Assembly (NCBI RefSeq): GCF_009914755.1
Contig: NC_060927.1
Length of the DNA: 64,000 nt
Source of the DNA: the human T2T-CHM13v2.0 reference genome, Homo sapiens
Direction: 5' to 3' (one strand)
Shown here: positions 37,691 to 54,619 of the stretch, piece by piece
Position numbering within the stretch: the stretch's first letter is position 1
How the letters are laid out: every line of letters starts with the position of its first letter
Program-made: the position numbers and the translations under genes
The notes under the pieces: generated by a model
The model's database searches: none
Told to the model about the DNA's origin: nothing
Seen by the model: only the letters and a program-made list of their open reading frames with translations

Positions 37691-39719
37691 GCTGGGCAAG
37701 TATGGAAGCTTTTGGGCTCTTGTTTAGTCTCACCTCAAATGTGGCCTCTCTTGACAAAGGGCTGTGCAGTTCATTCATCATCTGCGTCAAGTTTAAGGTC
37801 AGGGCTGTGAACGTGATGGTGACAGGAAGGTAGGCGCCTGGAAGATGTGAGGTTCCATGTTCAAAGCCCTCCACAGTGAATAGCATAGATAAAATTAATC
37901 CAGCAAATATCGAAAGTTAAGTTTGCCTTGTTTTTCTTTGACAAAAAAATTTCTCTTCCATTCCTTTTATTCCGGAAAATTGTATAGGCACCCATGTGTA
38001 TTTGCATGGAACTGTGTGGTACATGGTGTCTCTCTCTGTGAGTTTATGTACCAATATATTAAGAAAAGACACTAATTTTACGAAGAATTACTTTTTTGCC
38101 TAGTTACTCAGGCTCATTAACAACCTCTACTCAGGTCAATTAATACTGAATATTATTTGCCTAAAGGGTAAGTTAAGCCAGCAGAGTGATGTTATATCTC
38201 TCCGTGTAAAGAAAACCAGATATTTTCTGTTAGTGAGCATTTTTACAGGTGACACACTGTGACCACGTGGGCTTCTGAGTGGTCTTCTGCTTTTTGAAAT
38301 CACATGATGAGAGAACACTAACTTTGGACTCTAAAAGCTGAGTAGGATATGCATTCAAATCACCTACTAGTTATGAGACCAAGAAGAAAACAACTCTCAT
38401 TTATCTTTTGGTTAGAATTATCTCTAACAAAGTGACCTTTCAAGTCACTTCAGCTTCTGCAGTAATTGTAAGAAGGCACATTATAAATAATTTATATTTA
38501 CTCCCCACTCCTATTAACTTTTGTCAAAATTCAGCATTGGTGCTAACTTACTCCAATGGCAGCATGATATAAGAACTCTTTCTGTATGCTCTTTTTAAAC
38601 TTTTTTCTTTTTGCAATTATAAATTGCCATTTGTCAATAAAAAAAATGGTAAAGAAAATTAATGAGAAGAATAAATTCTACCGCTATGCAATATTTTATC
38701 TTAGAACCTATTTTGACATTGAATCGGTTGGTAAAAAGAAGTTGATGTGATGGCTCTGCCTCCGTTGGCATCAACTTTGTGTGGATGCTGTAGGTTCTGG
38801 TAATTTAAAAGGATATATTGCTTGACGAATGTGAACTGAAAAAGCTGGTGGCACAAAAGAGGGGCAGTGGCCCCAGTAGACAGAAATTGCTTTGACTATC
38901 CAGGTTTCATTTACTTCCTACAGAGTGGACATAACCTGAAAATGCACAGTTGGTTATGAGTTGGTAGTATTTCTGATTTCTATTCTCAGACTTTCTAGGG
39001 ACTGAATTGAGCAAGTCACTACTCATCTCTGCACCCACTCCGAAAAAGTCCTAGGAGGTATTTTAATTTAATCTTTATGATCTAAGAAAAGTGAGACCTA
39101 GAGATTATACTGTTCAAGATTATATGAATTCAGTTGTTCTAGAATTCTATGTTCTTTTCTTAGAACTTACTTAATTTTGCAAGTCAATAAGATCCTTTTG
39201 GGAACTTCCCAGTGAGATAATCTAATATTATCTTTTTGTGAATCTGTGCTGGTCCTGGAAAGCTCTTCACATGATGCAATGAAATGAGAAAAGTGAAGAC
39301 AGGGTAGTCCTTAATAAAATTACCTTTATTTTTATAAAAGTATAAATATATTGGATGGTATATGTGTCATTTTAAATATCCTAGGTGAGTTAAAGTGTTG
39401 ACCATTTTATGTACATTTTCCAATGTTTTCTCTTTGAATACTTACAGGTCTGTGAAATTCAAGAGTGGAATAGGTACTAAAAGTGGGTTTCCTTTTTACC
39501 CTCTCAAGTGTCGGAAGAACTGTGGTTATATTGGGAGACTTTCAACCTTAGTTATGCCTTTTTCATTGCGGGACATAACTGGGTGGGATTTTCAAATGGT
39601 ACTCTGTCTAAAACTAATATTGGTGTCATCTTTTTGGTATTGAGGGTTCCCTTTTATTCTAAACAAAAGGAGTGGTATGGTTCTTTATATTCCTTTAGTT
39701 TCCTTGGCAATTGCCTATT

Positions 39720-40147
39720 GTGCTGGACCTTTGCTCTTTTGCTTGCAGATCCATTCAATGACCATCCCTTGACATCTACCTTCCCAGGCTCCCCTGCTAA
39801 CTGACCGCCAAATAGGTTTTCCCAATGGGAGACCTTAGTGGGACTTAGGAAAGAGATAGGAAGGACAAAACCAGGATATTTATTTCCCTCTCTGTCTGCT
39901 TTTGGGTAGTATCTCTCTATAGTCTGGGTAGACCAGCTCCTGTAAGACAACCCTGTTTTCTAGCCCCTGGAGGCAATCCCCTTTGTCCCCTCAGCCCTAA
40001 GGGAGGCAGCTGCTTTCTTCACCTGTTGACTTTTTAGCTCTCACAGCACACTTGTAACTAGTTCCCTGTATTAAATTCCTTCTCTTGGACTGCCTGGTAT
40101 GGTCTCTGTTTTACTGACAGCTTTTCAGCTGTTCTCTGAATGATACA
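39720..40147 (+). mobile_element. ERVL solo LTR (LTR33/LTR41-like)
   Basis: ggttttcccaatgggag...ggatatttatttccctc...ccctcagccctaaggg...ttccctgtattaaattcc...ctgaatgataca. Confidence 0.7.
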
Positions 40148-40569
40148 CCTACTGTTGTATATGCACTTCATTCTTTTGTTCTTGTAACAGTGGCGTTTGT
40201 TTTAGAAATGTGTGAGTATTTACAGGATCACAGCCTTGCAGCTGCTGAAAACTCTGAGATTTATTCTTCTGAGCTGGCCTGGTGGGTAGTAATCCTTTTA
40301 CCTCCCTATTCCATGCAGAATAATTATTCTTCTTTGTTACTCATACTCTAATCCGCCCCTTTTAAATTTGTGTTTATTAGAAGAACCTTTGTCTTTTGTG
40401 TTTGCAATAAATAAGCTTATTGGCTTCAGTCTTTGAAAATTACCTACACAAATTCTCAGCCTAAGGTTGAAAGCATAACTGCCAGCTCAATCCCAGATTC
40501 CAGCTGCTATGTTCTCCTTTGACTTTTGGCATCTGCAGAACATTTTTTTTTTAATTGAGTCATGGATTT

Positions 40570-41157
40570 TTTAAAAAACATTTACAAGATTTTATTACAG
40601 AAATTTTAGGTGTACAATAAAGTAAAATTGAGTAATGAGCTCTCGTGTATCCATCATCCACTTTGAGCAAACATTAATGTATTGCTGTTCTTGTTTTTTT
40701 GTTTTTTTCTCTTATTAATATATCATAGTTGTACATATATTAGGTGTACATGTGATATTTTGATACATGTATACAATATATAATAATCAAATCAGGATAA
40801 TTAGGATATCCATCACCTCAAATATTTAGTTTTTCTTTGTGTTGAGAGCATTACAATTCTTTCTTCTAGCTATTTTGAAATACACAATGTTATAATTTCC
40901 CTGCTATACTATCAAATGCTAGAACTTATTCCTTATATCCAACTTCATTATTATACCCATTAACCAACTTTTCTTCAGCATTCCTCGCCTTTTTTTCCTT
41001 CCCAGCTTCTGGTAACCACCATCCTACTCTCTACCTTCATGAGATCCACTTTTTTAGCTCCCACATATGAGTAAGAACATAAGAACATGTGATATTGGTC
41101 GTTTCATGCCTGGCTTATTTCACTTAACATAATGACAACCAATTTTATCCATATTGC
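40570..41157 (-). mobile_element. 5'-truncated L1MA 3' end (about 40690-41157) plus about 120 bp of extra sequence, all within one 14-bp TSD
   Basis: gtacatgtgatattttgatacatgtataca...ggatatccatcacctcaaat...tggcttatttcacttaacataatg is the L1MA 3' UTR; TGAGTCATGGATTT at 40556-40569 and 41158-41171. Confidence 0.9.
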
Positions 41158-41349
41158 TGAGTCATGGATTTATATTCACCAGAGTTCAAGTGGATCTTGT
41201 CCTATTTGTAGAATACTGGTTGTAAACCTCAGATAGATACAACATAGATACAGTAATGAGTAAATCAGTACACAGGCAGATACCTGCCTGTTTATAGCAG
41301 TGTGCTGGTATGAGAATTAATAAAATCACCATACCTTCATATTCATTAT

Positions 41350-41510
41350 CATCATAGCTAACATTTATTGAACATTTACTATGTGATGTCTGCTAATTTC
41401 TTTGCATGCACTGTCTCATTTAATCTTCCCAATATCTCTATAATAAATATGCAGTATTTTACAGATGAGAAAACTGACTTAATTTGTCCAATGACACAGA
41501 GTTAGTTCTG
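41350..41510 (-). mobile_element. MIR
   Basis: atagctaacatttattgaacatttactatgtg...tctcatttaatcttc...attttacagatgagaaaactga. Confidence 0.85.
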
Positions 41511-42609
41511 TCAGATTACAGTGCCCTAGTCTACTAAGTGGTAGGCAATATTACCTCTCTAAAGATTTTAGAGTAATTTAAGGCCATTGAAAACCATTTT
41601 AACCAATAGTTATGTTTTGAGCTAATCAGAACGTGACATTTTTGTATTTCAAATACTATTTCTACTTTGAAATTATTTTTGCATGATTAATTTTCTTTGT
41701 TGAAAAAAGCTTATATTTACTTGCACACTATTTACAAATAGATAACTTTCAAAGCATAGACTTTACCATACTTATTAATACATTTTGTTTTAAAATGTAC
41801 CTTTTGGTGCTTTGTTTGAAATGATTTGAAAACACATTTGTAAGAAAGTGTTATTTTTCCCCTTGTTTTGCATTTTGTCAGGAATGCATCTTAAAGTTTT
41901 ATATGCTTACAGATATCTGCGCCAAATAATCATTAAGCACCACACTTTGAATAAAGAAAACCGACAAGTGAGTGTGGTGACTGGCTGAAAAATAAAGTGA
42001 TAAATTGAAATTATGATAAGTTTTCTATACATACTGTATACTTCTCTGTAGAAATGTTTCTGATGTCCTATCATCCCTCTCATATTCAGAAAATTTCTTG
42101 TGAATATTAAATACTTTAGCTTACTATACTTTATAATTTAAAAGTTTTTTTCTTTAGATAATTGGCATCAATCCAAGCATTGTGTTCTTAAAACCCTCAG
42201 TGTAAAGTTTTGGTCAATAATGATCAACCTATTGATTGACGACTCTTTAGCTCTTTAGAAAACTTTTGTTTAGAATAGTCTTTGATAGGTGAGAACCTTC
42301 AAATGTATCTCATTAAAATGAAAAACCAGTGATTTTTTTTTAAAGACTGTAATGTGTTAAAGAGTAGCAATTGACTCAAGAAAACCCAACTAGATATTTC
42401 AGTGTCATTATTTTCTAGTAGTAGATAGAATTGACAGAATTCAAGGCCGATAGCAGAAGTTTTAGGCTTCTAAAAGGATTAGTGTTAAATTAGGGAAAAA
42501 TAGAGGATTCTACTGTTTTTACTGTGTTTGTATAGTAAGAGAAAGGGGAATGTGGCCTGCTGATAAAAGGCTATAGTGAATATTTTTCCTGGATTTTCTT
42601 ATATATTAT

Positions 42610-42690
42610 TTTTATACCTATGTATCTTATACTCGCCATGGAGTAGAAGCTCATGAAGTTATTTGATGAATGAATGAATGAGTGAATTAT
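42610..42690 (+). mobile_element. L2 3' terminus
   Basis: gagtagaagctcatgaagttatttgatgaatgaatgaatgagtgaat. Confidence 0.6.
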
Positions 42691-43121
42691 ATGAAATAAC
42701 AGCAGGAATAGCATGCAGAAAGGGGAACCTCAAATCCATATTTATTTATTTTTCTTTCCTCAAATCATTAGTTTCCATTTTCTCCATAACCAAGGCTCAC
42801 ATGAAAGCTGATAAATATGAATTGATCAAGGTGAAATCACTATCATCACTTCAAGCATTGCTGTGGGAAAAGTAGAGGCTGCCAGAGAATAGAGTAGTTT
42901 ATACTCTCAATCATCGGTCAATCATGATGTTCTGCATTTATAATATCCATGTTATGCATTTGGGATTCATGTGGTGGCCATGAGATTTCAATGATGAAAC
43001 ACTAATATTGTGATTATGTGTATGATTGCTTGGTGCTGTGGTATCCATAGAGATTAATGTGAACTTCCAGTTTATTTTGGTTCAGGATTCTGAGCAAAAT
43101 TGACCACTTTCATCTGTGTGT

Positions 43122-47830
<4,709 letters not shown>

Positions 47831-48085
47831 CATATGTTGAGTGTATCTAGTTTACATCCTGGCTTCATAAATATAGAGATAAGCAGAGAAATGAAATACC
47901 AATTCTTACGCATTTGCAAACCATCACGTTTTATCTATAGTTTGGTTTAGAGGATTAGGAGGAAAGAAACTATGGCAAAGCAAATTTGCTGTAATATGAA
48001 ACCTTAAACATTTCGACTTACATTTGAAAATAAGTTATTTCGAGTGTAGGAAATTAGGGTCTGAGTTAATGAAATGTCTGATTAA

Positions 48086-48572
48086 TGATACTTGTGTCCA
48101 ACAATGGCACCCTAATGAAATATGCCTCCTAGTACTCACATCTTTGTATATTTTCCTCTCTTTGGAGCTCACGTGGCCCTGTGATTCACTTTTGACAAGT
48201 AGAGTACGGTGGAGGTGACACTAAGACTTCCTAGCCTAGGTGCTAAGCAGCCTTGCAGTATGGGTCTTGTGTTCTTGAAATGTTCCCTCTAGGAGAAACT
48301 GTGTAGCAAGTGGAAGTCCAAGTATCCTGATAATGCCATGCTGTGTGGAAGCCCAAGCTAGTCTTTTGGAGAGGCCATGTGGAAAGAGAGATGTACTTAG
48401 CCAGGCTCCATCCATTTCAGCCATCCCAGCAGAGGTGTTAGATATTTGAGAGATGGTATCTTCAGATGATTCCAACCCCAGCTGCCATCTGATTGCAACC
48501 CATAAAAAACCCCCCAACCTACCCACTTTGGCCTAGTAGGTAGTTTGTTATGTAGGAATAGATAACTGAAAC
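48086..48572 (+). mobile_element. MaLR solo LTR (MLT1F/G-like)
   Basis: tgcctcctagtactcacatctttg...gccatgctgtgtggaagcccaagcta...gtagtttgttatgtaggaatagataactgaaaca. Confidence 0.8.
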
Positions 48573-48899
48573 AATGGATCATTCTCAAATAAACATTACT
48601 ATTGTCTGTAGTCATAGCTAGGAAAGTGTTGTCAGTTAAAAGTCAGCTATGCTGGTTTGAATGCAGTTAATATTCATTTGCACTAATTATGTCCCTTATA
48701 TAAAAATGAATACGTTTTAGTGCTTGAAAAAGTTAGACAGAAAATTCACTCTGTAATCTTCTTTTCATTATTCATTTGCTGAACAAATATTTTCAGACAC
48801 ATCAATGCCATTTAAAGTTTTATTCAGTGTTCACTCAGATTCTAGGATATGTGAGCTGCACTTTTCTTGCAGTGTTTTCCAAAGAAATGGGTGGGCTAT

Positions 48900-49268
48900 A
48901 GTGGAAACAGTAATACTCATTAAACATTCCATTGGTCCCGTGGATTACTGTCTCCTTTCATTCAGATGAGAGTACATGACACATTTTGGTCAATGAAATG
49001 ATAGTGACATATCACTTTTGGTCTGAGGCAATCAAAAGCCTATGTGTAATTCTCTAGTCTATTGCCTGACAAATAGCTAAAGCAAACCATATATTCCAGA
49101 TGGTAAAATTATAAGATGGTGGGGTCTCTATTGCTGGATTCCTGGGTGGGTGAGGAGAGCAGAGAACCTTGTTAATCTGACAGGCAAGCAGCATAAGCCA
49201 AAGACAAACCTTTGTTTTTCTTAAGCCACTGAGATTTGGGGTTAAATTTTATCTATAGCATAAACCTC
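48900..49268 (+). mobile_element. MaLR solo LTR (MLT1I/J-like)
   Basis: tggtcaatgaaatg...ttccagatggt...aaacctttgtttttcttaagccactgagatttgggg. Confidence 0.78.
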
Positions 49269-50206
49269 TGTGGCTTTAGTGTCTCCATCACACCTACTCC
49301 AAGGCACTCAAAATAAACCTAAAATCTAAATAAAAATAGTGTGATATTTATGTACACAGAACTTTAAAACAGAATTTCTGATTTGTTCTCTAAGTAGATT
49401 TATATCCCTAAGTTCTTCAGTAAAGTTCTAACAATAGCACCGTTTATTTACTTGGGTAATTTGAGAATACTTGATACTTAAGTCATTCTCAAATTGTTTT
49501 TCATTTTTGACAATAATTTCATAGCAAGTTGTTAATAAAATTATTAGGGAATTTAAAAATATCAAATCAATGTAATATTAGTGAAATCATCTAAGTATTT
49601 TTTTAGAGAACAGTATAATAGCATAATGAACCCTATGTACCTATCAACCTAGCTGCAAGAGTTACGAAAACATGGGCAGTTTTTCAAACAATTCTGTCTA
49701 CCTAAAATTTTATTCTGTGTTGATCATCTTTTATGAAGATAAGACAGTAACTACTATCTTCTCTACACCTCCAAAAATAGGTCAGAATTTTCTATGAACA
49801 AATGTGCTACATGGTTATGATGGTAGCTTCTTCTGTATTTATTTCCAACTTTTCCCTGTGGAAATAAGTTTGGAATCTTTTCTAGAATGGCTTATTTACA
49901 GGGTAGCTGTTTCTCACAGTTTGACCAGAAAAGTCCAAGTTTATAACTGTTGTCTTGTGGTAGCTATTAAGAGAGTCCCTTTTATTCTCAAAAGTATCCT
50001 AATTTGGATGACAAATTATATAGCCACCATTGTTATTAAACAGGTGTGCCCATTCCCCTTTTGCTTTCTTCTGTCCCTTAGAGCTGAATTCTTGCCTTGC
50101 AAGGCCCAGGCAAGACTAGACCAGTCGTAATATGCAAATCTTTATCCCAGCATCTGCCTGTGGGTGTTTGTAATACCTTCAGTGCCTGAATCCATAATGG
50201 CCTACC

Positions 50207-50380
50207 CAGGAACAGCTGTATAATTTGGAGAATTATGTGAAAATGTTAAAATGTGAAAATGTTAAAAAATGATTGAGAATTTCAAGATGCTGACAGCAAA
50301 GCACTGAACTAAGTGTGGGGTCCTTCTACACAGAGGTCCCTGTGTGACAGCAGAGGTGGCACACCCATGAAGCTAGCCCT
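50207..50380 (-). mobile_element. MER45A-like hAT-Tip100 MITE
   Basis: gaatttcaagatgctgacagcaaagcactgaactaagtgtggggtccttct...cacacccatgaagctagccctg. Confidence 0.75.
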
Positions 50381-51484
50381 GGGCTTACCACTCCATCTCA
50401 CCACTCACCACACTCCACCTAGTTCCCTGTGTGGTCCAATTCCAAGATTGCATTTCTGCACTAAACCATCTGCTGTGGTCTTCCTGGTCACCTTATTCCT
50501 CAAACCCTCTGTGGGTCTGAACACTTGCCTTATCTCACCATGGTCATCATCTAATTAGTACTTATGATGGCTAATGAGTGGCAGACAGAATTCCAACGCA
50601 CGTTTGCTTAGTTTCAAAGCAAATTCTCATAACCTTTCTGCTGTTCTGACCCATAACGCTCATAGCCTAGTGAACTCTTGGCAGAATTCTCTTCCTTGTT
50701 CAGGATTTCAAGAAATGGGATTTAGTCATCCTACAGCAGATGTCCAGGGGACAACATGCAGTTTTGCTGTTCTCCATGTTCTCAACAATTACCTGGAATT
50801 TATCTTTGACATATGCACTGGTTCCATTGTGCCTTCTCCCTGACCATATTTTTTTCTCCCTAATTAAGGACTGTGCTTTGGGACTGTGGAAAATGAAATA
50901 AGCTATGAAAACCAATAGTTTTATTTCACTAGGAATACACTCATAATTATAAATGCCCTGTTAGAGAGTTAAGGTGAGTGTCTTACATACAGTGACTTCC
51001 CCTGCTAACATCAGGCAGAAGGAAAGTTAGAAGAGAAAGGCAATGATCACCAGGCAGTTGTTCTTAGCAATTTGTGGGCCAGTGGAGATGGACATGGTGA
51101 CCTTCTTCTCTGGCTGCTGATTGCTGCCTGGAGAAGCAACAGTGGCTTCATTGGCTTTGTTGCTGTACTGCGATGTGGTCTCTCCTGTATCACTATTGCC
51201 GGCTTCTTAGTGGAGTTTCATAGACCCATTTATCTTTTTTATGGCTAAGAAATCAATGTGTGTGTCATTTTGGAATTTGGAAAATAAGATACAGGGTTCA
51301 GTCTCATAATGATATGATTAGTCTAAAGAATATTTAGCTCCACAGTAAGATATTTTTATAAGATAAAAATATTGTATTTTGTATAAGGTGCGTGTGTACA
51401 CGAAATATTTTACAGTAGGGGAAAAATGATGAGAGTAATGAGCTTGTTATTTTGGATGTGAAAGCCTAGGAATTATCAACACAG

Positions 51485-51680
51485 TAATGGTTACAAACTT
51501 GGACTCTGGAGACATGCAAAGCTAGATTCATATCCCAGCTCTGTTACTGGCTTGATCTTGGGCATGCTGCCGATTTTTTTTAATGTGCATTTCCTTATCT
51601 GCAAAATGGGAAAAATGATTTTATCTGATTCATAGATTATTGTATTAAATGATAAAATACATAAAAAACAGTCAGCCAAA
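51485..51680 (+). mobile_element. MIR
   Basis: ggactctggagac...attcatatcccagctctgttactggcttgatcttgggca...ttccttatctgcaaaatggg. Confidence 0.85.
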
Positions 51681-52814
51681 CCTCTAACATTTTAGTTTTC
51701 TGTGTAAAGCATGCCATGATGATAGCTAAGTTATTTCCACAACTCATGGGTATGTGTGGGCAATTTAATTGTACTTCTGTGCTTATGGGGTATAGTTTGA
51801 ATCATTGCTCTTGCCCGAATAAACTAATGCTTTTATGTAGACACTCAGATTTAGACCAGCATTCATTTGCCACCATTTGAGATTGGGTTGGAATCAAATT
51901 ATTAATCCAGGCGAAGATGACTTGTTTTGATGTATACATCAAATTAACTTGACATTTAGTACAAAGGTTATGTTAGGTCCAGCCACTTTCCCTAGAGTGT
52001 CTCCAGACTAGTGAATGCCTAGATAAAAATCAAGGATATTTATCTTTGTAACTGAGAAAAGATCCAAATTATTGGCAGCTTTTAAAGTAACTTTAAAAAA
52101 TCAGTTGATGCTCAGGGTATCTAGAGGAAACCCTCTACCTCAATATTTATCCTTTTTAGAGATGATATTAACAGAGTTGTCACTTCTCTCCATGGCTAAG
52201 CTGAACATTACAACTATTATAAGCTTTAACTTATATAAAACATTACATTGCATCTATCTCTCACATTAAACATTTCATTTTTCTATAAGCATTTGGAAAC
52301 AATTTTCATTACTTTGCTTTCAGAAATCATTTGACTATAAGAGCAAATACAATTTATGAGGGGCTATCATTTCTTAACAATTATTGCATATACATGAGCA
52401 TTCTTGCAAAGTGAGAAAAATTGAATCTATAAATTGTTTTCAAATGCAATGATACTTTATGAATACTGAATTTAACCAATGATGAAGTAGCTAGTTTTAT
52501 GTCTTATAGATTTTTGTGGTCTACACTTTGTGGATTAGGTTTTGTAGTTTTATTTTCATATTTTGGAGCCAATAGCTTTGTTTTTCAGTTCTCATACTTT
52601 TTTTTGCAGGTCCTTAGAAAGGTCATAAGTCCTGAATACTGTGTCTGTTGTTCTTAATCAATAAAATGATCCTGCTGGTGACCTGTTTGAGAATACAATA
52701 GTAGGCTTATGCCTATGCAAGAAAAATTGGAGTTGAAGATTAAGCAGTTTGAATGATGATAAAAAGAAATCTAACATTTGGTTATATTTTATATATTAGG
52801 GACTTTGTTTTAAT

Positions 52815-53158
52815 GCAAACCATATTCTCATTGACCAGATATGCTTTAAAATTCAGAAGTTTTTGGATTCTTAGAAATTTAAAATAGCATATATTTCATA
52901 TATTATTCTGTAATACTCCTAAAGGGGTCTTGGACAGTATCCTTAACCAGATACATTAACATTTCTGCAGTGAAAGTTATGAATATTCAGCAAATGGGAC
53001 TAAATAAATAAAAAGCTTCAAATCAGTTCAGATCAGGTTTTACCTCCAAATTGGTTCATGTCAGATGAAGTTTTGCTGCCAAAATGACTTATGAAAAAAT
53101 TTTAAGTAATCAACAGCTTTTTGAATTTTGTAATACTGTTGGGGAATTATGAACCTAT
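52815..53158. mobile_element. MER46C (TcMar-Tigger), inserted in a MIR (about 52765-53340, -)
   Basis: ttgaccagatatgctttaaaattcagaagtttttggatt...acattaacatttctgcagtgaaa...aatcagttcagatcaggtttt. Confidence 0.7.
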
Positions 53159-54194
53159 GATGCATAGACTGTTAATCATAGTGGATATTTTTACTTGACT
53201 TGTGAGACAAGTTGGGAAGGTATTATCATCCTCATTTTATGACTGGTAAAATTGGGATATCGAGTAAATTTGTGACTTTTTCTAGGTTATACAGCAAGTA
53301 AATTGTCAAAACTGATATGGAACCAAAGGGCCCTTACCCTACAACCGAGGGATGTTCCCATTTGTTTTGTAGTCTTCTTAGTTATTGAATGGCTATTTCA
53401 CTTGCAGCTTGCTTGGCCCATGATGGCAGCCAGCACTTCTCAACACAAGAGTGCTATGTGCAGTTTCCCTAGCTTTTGATGCACTGGGGTACTAGTATAC
53501 ACAGTTATGTACTTGTTCTGAAGAAAAGCTCTAATATCAAAAAATACCATCAAAAAATACATTTGTGACATTTGTTGAGATGAGCAAGGGCCATTTTTCT
53601 AGTGTTTTCCCTTTCCTTCCTTTGCTAAAGCTAGCCTTCTCCTGTATCTCCTCCAAGCTCTTAAAATTTCCTGCTCTGTTTTGTTGGCATCACACACGCC
53701 AGTACCCATGGTGCATTTTATTGCTGCAGCTGTTTCACATGCCTATTTTTGTCAGCACAGAGGTTATTCTCAGAAGTGACGGCTTAAAATAATTCACCTG
53801 GTGTAGTCTTCTTGGACATCTGAAACCTGAATTATTTTCATAACACCAGAGGACACTGAGAAGCCTGTTTCACCACTTGCGGTGTCTTTAGCAGCAAGTC
53901 AACATTAAAATTCAAGTTTTCTCTTCGCGTGCAAGAATTCATTTATTCATTCCCATATTTGTCTGTTCATCCAGCAAGCATTTATCAAAACTCTAGTAGT
54001 GAGCTAGTTGCTGAGAAGGTCACACGAAGATCACTGGACAGCTGTCTCTTGGAAATACCATGGGAAAATAATGGTTTTCAGCACTGGCATGTCAAAGTCA
54101 TAAATTAGCCTAAGTATTCACAACTTTCCAATGGAGTAGGCTAAGGCATCATTTATTTATTTATTTATTTTTTTACAGCCACACATAAGAAGAC

Positions 54195-54480
54195 AGGTAG
54201 AGCAGTTAAAAGTTTGTTAGCAGCATTGCACTTTGGGTGACACGTGGCCTGGGTTCAAAATTTGTCAAGCAATTCACAAGGCTGGCTGATTTGGGAAGTA
54301 ATCTATACATGGAGTACATTTGTGGGTGATTTTTGAGTCTCTTGACTTTTGGTTCTGGTGTCTATGAAATGAAGGCATGAAATAAGGGTGTTTACTCTTG
54401 TGGAGTTTAATGGGACCATGTGTGTGTGACTAGTTAATTGAAACTGATGAGGAAACTAACAATAAATACGCTTAGTAGTC
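54195..54480 (+). mobile_element. MIR
   Basis: ggcctgggttcaaaat...tctatgaaatgaaggcatgaaataag. Confidence 0.5.
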
Positions 54481-54619
54481 TCACATTGCTGTCTTCTTAC
54501 AGATTCTCTTATATTTCCCTCTTCTGTTGCTTGATGAGAGATTCTCTAACTTTTCACTGCTTCTAGCAATAAGAACAATATTATTTTCAGGCATTAAAAA
54601 GTTTTAGGTTGGTTTAAAA

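Noticed and set aside
37320-37886. 188-, 156- and 116-aa ORFs (KERK- or FLSF-rich)
   Set aside because: Translations of the (TTTC)n tract.
50236-50268. ATGTGAAAATGTTAAA short tandem duplication in MER45A
   Set aside because: Trivial slippage in AT-rich repeat DNA.
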